Positions 56,998 to 64,000 of a DNA stretch of 64,000 bases are shown here, piece after piece. The notes below the pieces were generated by a model. The model did not search any database and was not told the origin of the DNA. It worked only from the letters and a program-made list of their open reading frames with translations. Made by a program: the position numbers and the translations under genes. How positions within the stretch are numbered: position 1 is the first letter of the stretch; each line of letters starts with the position of its first letter. The stretch spans positions 128,001 through 192,000 of the forward strand of contig JAXMOL010000003.1 in assembly GCA_034669905.1 (NCBI GenBank). Direction: 5' to 3'. Source of the stretch: Candidatus Hydrogenedentota bacterium (GTDB lineage: Bacteria > Hydrogenedentota > Hydrogenedentia > Hydrogenedentales > JAEUWI01).

Positions 56998-57957
56998 TCA
57001 GCTCACTGACTCTAAGTGACGGGCCACCGTTTCGATATGGTGCTTCATGGAGAGCTTTTTCACGTAACCTAGTCCGGGAAAGTGTCCCTTACGGTGTAGT
57101 TTCCGAAACTCCTCAATAGCACTCGTTTCGTATAGCATCGAAGTGCCGGAATCAAGGGTTTCGGTTAGCTTTTGAAGGGCCTCTGCAAATTTTCCGGCAG
57201 GGTCTGTAGGGGTGTCATTGCTATCCGACACAAAGTGATGTATGTACATGACGTCTTCGGCATCGTGTTTGATAAAGGTGAGATGGATTGCTACGGCGTA
57301 CGCGGGCCCGCCGCCCTCTGAGTAGTCGTCTCCAACAATAAGAAAGTCTCCAAAACCATCCATCACCATATCGTCATAGGTCAGGTGGAGTTCAGAAAAC
57401 TTCTCGACCGGGGGGTAGTCGGCATTGCGCTGTCGCCTGAATCCATCTCGTAGAAGAATGCGTGTAGCATCTTTGAAATGCTTTCGGTATAGCAGCTGCG
57501 CGTGTTCCTCAATGAATACGTGCTGCGCTTTGGTGAGGTCAGTGTGCTCTTGCAGTGCTTCAGCCAGTTTCCTGGGTTCCGTGAATCCGGCGTGCACAAG
57601 CGTTGGGCGATGATCCCGATGTGCTTCAGCTAGGCGTAGAGCGTCTTCTGTAGTAGTATCATTGCGAAGTAAGATGCCAGCAGAAATGAATTCGCAGTCA
57701 TCATAGTTCGTTCCAATCATGTTGGAAATGCTGTCACTATCGCCGCTATGGTCGCCATAGAACGGATTTACGATGAGGATGGCTTTTCCGTGTGCGTCGC
57801 GAACAGCTTCCAGCGACTTTTCCAGCCCCCGAAGTGTCTCTCGAACTGGCTCAATGATAGGCACGAAGCTTTTCACCAGAGAAGGGGTGGCGCATTCGCG
57901 AATGGCAATGAGTTCAAATTGTTTGCCCCGAAAGTAGGGATAGTAGCGTTGCCCCAT
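56998..57957 (-). CDS. sce7725 family protein
   Basis: YYPYFRGKQFELIA, PIIEPV, NADYP..E.FS, GFGDFLIVG..YSEGGGPAYAVAIH, FPGLGYVKKLSMKHH. Confidence 0.85.
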   Translation of the reverse strand: MGQRYYPYFRGKQFELIAIRECATPSLVKSFVPIIEPVRETLRGLEKSLEAVRDAHGKAILIVNPFYGDHSGDSDSISNMIGTNYDDCEFISAGILLRNDTTTEDALRLAEAHRDHRPTLVHAGFTEPRKLAEALQEHTDLTKAQHVFIEEHAQLLYRKHFKDATRILLRDGFRRQRNADYPPVEKFSELHLTYDDMVMDGFGDFLIVGDDYSEGGGPAYAVAIHLTFIKHDAEDVMYIHHFVSDSNDTPTDPAGKFAEALQKLTETLDSGTSMLYETSAIEEFRKLHRKGHFPGLGYVKKLSMKHHIETVARHLESVS

Positions 57958-57963
57958 GTCGTA

Positions 57964-58851
57964 TTAGATCCATTCTCTGGTTACGGTAAATGGGTCATTG
58001 ATGGTCTTTACCAAACGCGCGCGCTCGGTCTGCCGTATCGGTATTGAGAGCGCCGCTGCGTGCAAAGAAGACGGCAACTGCAATACCAGGTCGTTGTAGG
58101 GCGCGAGACTGCGGCTGTACTTTAGCGTTCGAACCATCTGTCTATGTAGCGTGGTTGGGTCCAGATCCGAAAATGCACGTTTCAATACTTTGCGGCGCAT
58201 TGTATTGGGGACTTCGGGGACGTCCACCTCAAGCGAATTCAAAATGGACATCGCTTCGTCAGTTCGCAGACAGTCGAGTACGGAGGAGGGGTAAATGCGA
58301 TTAGGTTCTTCGATAGCTTCACGCACAGTAGATATCTGATAGCGCTTCGAAAGGCACAAGACGCCCACATCCTCCGGAGTCAACGAGAGAATTCGGTCAA
58401 TGTGGCATTCACTCGCTATGACGTTCACTTCTGCGAAAACGCGCTTGTACATCTCGACTTGCTTTTCGAGCCGAACGAGTGAGTCGCGCTCAGACTTGAT
58501 TTCATATGCCGTCGAGGTGCCATTGAGAATTACGAGATCGGCCTTGCGTCTGCCGACACGAAACTCGCTCAGCATAGAGGCTGTTCGAAGGGAATGTCTG
58601 CCCAGAAGTATTTTTTGTGTGAGGGCGGACCGGTAGACGTACTCGTCTCGGTTTCCTGATGTCTTGAGTAAAGCAAATGCTGAGTCAAAGACATCGCCTA
58701 CCGTAGCAGAAGAGTCGATGCATATTGGGAGATTAGACAACTCCGCAAGGCGTCTGAAGAGCGATGAACGGCCTGTGCGCGCCAGTTCCCGAAAAACAGT
58801 CGACGAAAACATGCGCGTAATGGCAGCTAGGTCTGTTGCACATTTCGGCAT
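57964..58851 (-). CDS. sce7726 family protein (PD-(D/E)xK-like nuclease motif)
   Basis: RDEYVYR, LLGRHSLRTA, EFRVGRRKADLVILNG, YEIKSERDSL.RL..Q; GGAGG RBS before ATG 58851. Confidence 0.85.
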   Translation of the reverse strand: MPKCATDLAAITRMFSSTVFRELARTGRSSLFRRLAELSNLPICIDSSATVGDVFDSAFALLKTSGNRDEYVYRSALTQKILLGRHSLRTASMLSEFRVGRRKADLVILNGTSTAYEIKSERDSLVRLEKQVEMYKRVFAEVNVIASECHIDRILSLTPEDVGVLCLSKRYQISTVREAIEEPNRIYPSSVLDCLRTDEAMSILNSLEVDVPEVPNTMRRKVLKRAFSDLDPTTLHRQMVRTLKYSRSLAPYNDLVLQLPSSLHAAALSIPIRQTERARLVKTINDPFTVTREWI

Positions 58852-58899
58852 GTCCCCTCCGTTCATTATGTAAGCCTTATATTGTCGATACTGAACTTG

Positions 58900-58929
58900 A
58901 TTCTACGTTAGAATTGTGCTCACACGCAA
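58900..58929 (-). promoter_or_regulatory. possible promoter of the sce7726 operon with an overlapping palindrome
   Basis: minus strand TTGCGT-18 nt-TAGAAT; ATTCTA-N3-TAGAAT inverted repeat at 58900-58914. Confidence 0.4.
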
Positions 58930-59088
58930 GGCTGCGGGGTGGTTGTCGATATGAGTTTGGACGGGGAGTTTGACAAAAAATTCCATTCAACTTCACTGGT
59001 CGCAGGTGTTACTGCGGTCCAGTCCCATTAAATATAGCGTCGGTGATACATTTAGAGTTCTGTGAAATAATCACTCAGAAAAGGAACA

Positions 59089-59298
59089 TTGATGGGCACT
59101 CAGTCGATAACGTTTAGAGATGATGTGGGTTCAGTGCTTAAGATAGAAGGGAGGGAGAACGGGTTCGATTTTATGACCGCCGATACAAGGGAATTGGAAG
59201 TGGAGGGAAGTGGTGTTTACGTCGGGATAGACTTTCAAGACGCTAAGGAACTCTACGAGTTTATCGGTAGGCATTTGCGAAAGGCAGAGGAAATATAG
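59089..59298 (+). CDS. small hypothetical protein
   Basis: AAAGGA RBS, 69 aa with globular-looking composition, lower GC. Confidence 0.5.
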   Translation: MMGTQSITFRDDVGSVLKIEGRENGFDFMTADTRELEVEGSGVYVGIDFQDAKELYEFIGRHLRKAEEI

Positions 59299-59416
59299 TT
59301 TTCGGTTGGCATTATTTTTTGCGCGGTTCTCGTAGAGATAGGGCCGCCGGATATGTTTACCGGCGGCCCAATTCAGTGTAGGGTGCACTCCTAAGCGTCG
59401 CGCTTGATTCGCTCGA

Positions 59417-61930
<2,514 letters not shown>

Positions 61931-61938
61931 TTATGGGT

Positions 61939-61967
61939 GGCCTGCCCGAAGTGGTTTCGGGCAGGCC
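61939..61967 (-). terminator. hairpin between the katG paralogues
   Basis: 12-bp perfect stem ggcctgcccgaa/ttcgggcaggcc. Confidence 0.5.
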
Positions 61968-62028
61968 CCGCAGATAGATGGGCTTCTTTCGCCCACCTTG
62001 CAAAGTGGGTGATTCAGCGGTACTTCGC

Positions 62029-64000
<1,972 letters not shown>

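Overview
GC-rich bacterial chromosomal window. Planctomycete-type DUF1501 and PSD1 cytochrome proteins plus a PASTA/(GE)n lipoprotein suggest Candidatus Hydrogenedentota or a similar lineage (inference only). Left to right: (1) a type IV pilus operon (pilB-pilT-pilS-pilR) headed by an unusual MshEN-domain/DnaA-AAA+ fusion, followed by a flippase-like/sulfatase-like fusion and a second PilT with an N-terminal extension; (2) secreted and metabolic genes (hemopexin-repeat protein, HGSNAT-like membrane protein, Gfo/Idh/MocA oxidoreductase, TPR protein, purple acid phosphatase); (3) a four-gene PAS/GAF kinase and response regulator cluster; (4) a TauE + MBL-rhodanese persulfide module with a consensus promoter and operator; (5) a decayed RHS polymorphic-toxin island (two toxin/immunity tips, an ISKra4 fragment) punctuated by a recurring GGGAC(A/G)GACTA motif at gene truncation points; (6) about 10 kb of accessory genes lying between normally adjacent PSD1 and DUF1501 genes, containing ACCAC-type repeats and a candidate new RiPP system (Cys-cluster enzyme with an RRE-like tail plus a double-glycine precursor whose core resembles the Hcp N-terminus); (7) a lower-GC sce7726-sce7725-RES operon, a candidate defence system; (8) two tandem katG genes. 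No rRNA, tRNA or CRISPR array was recognised. All family assignments come from motif recognition by eye, not database searches.
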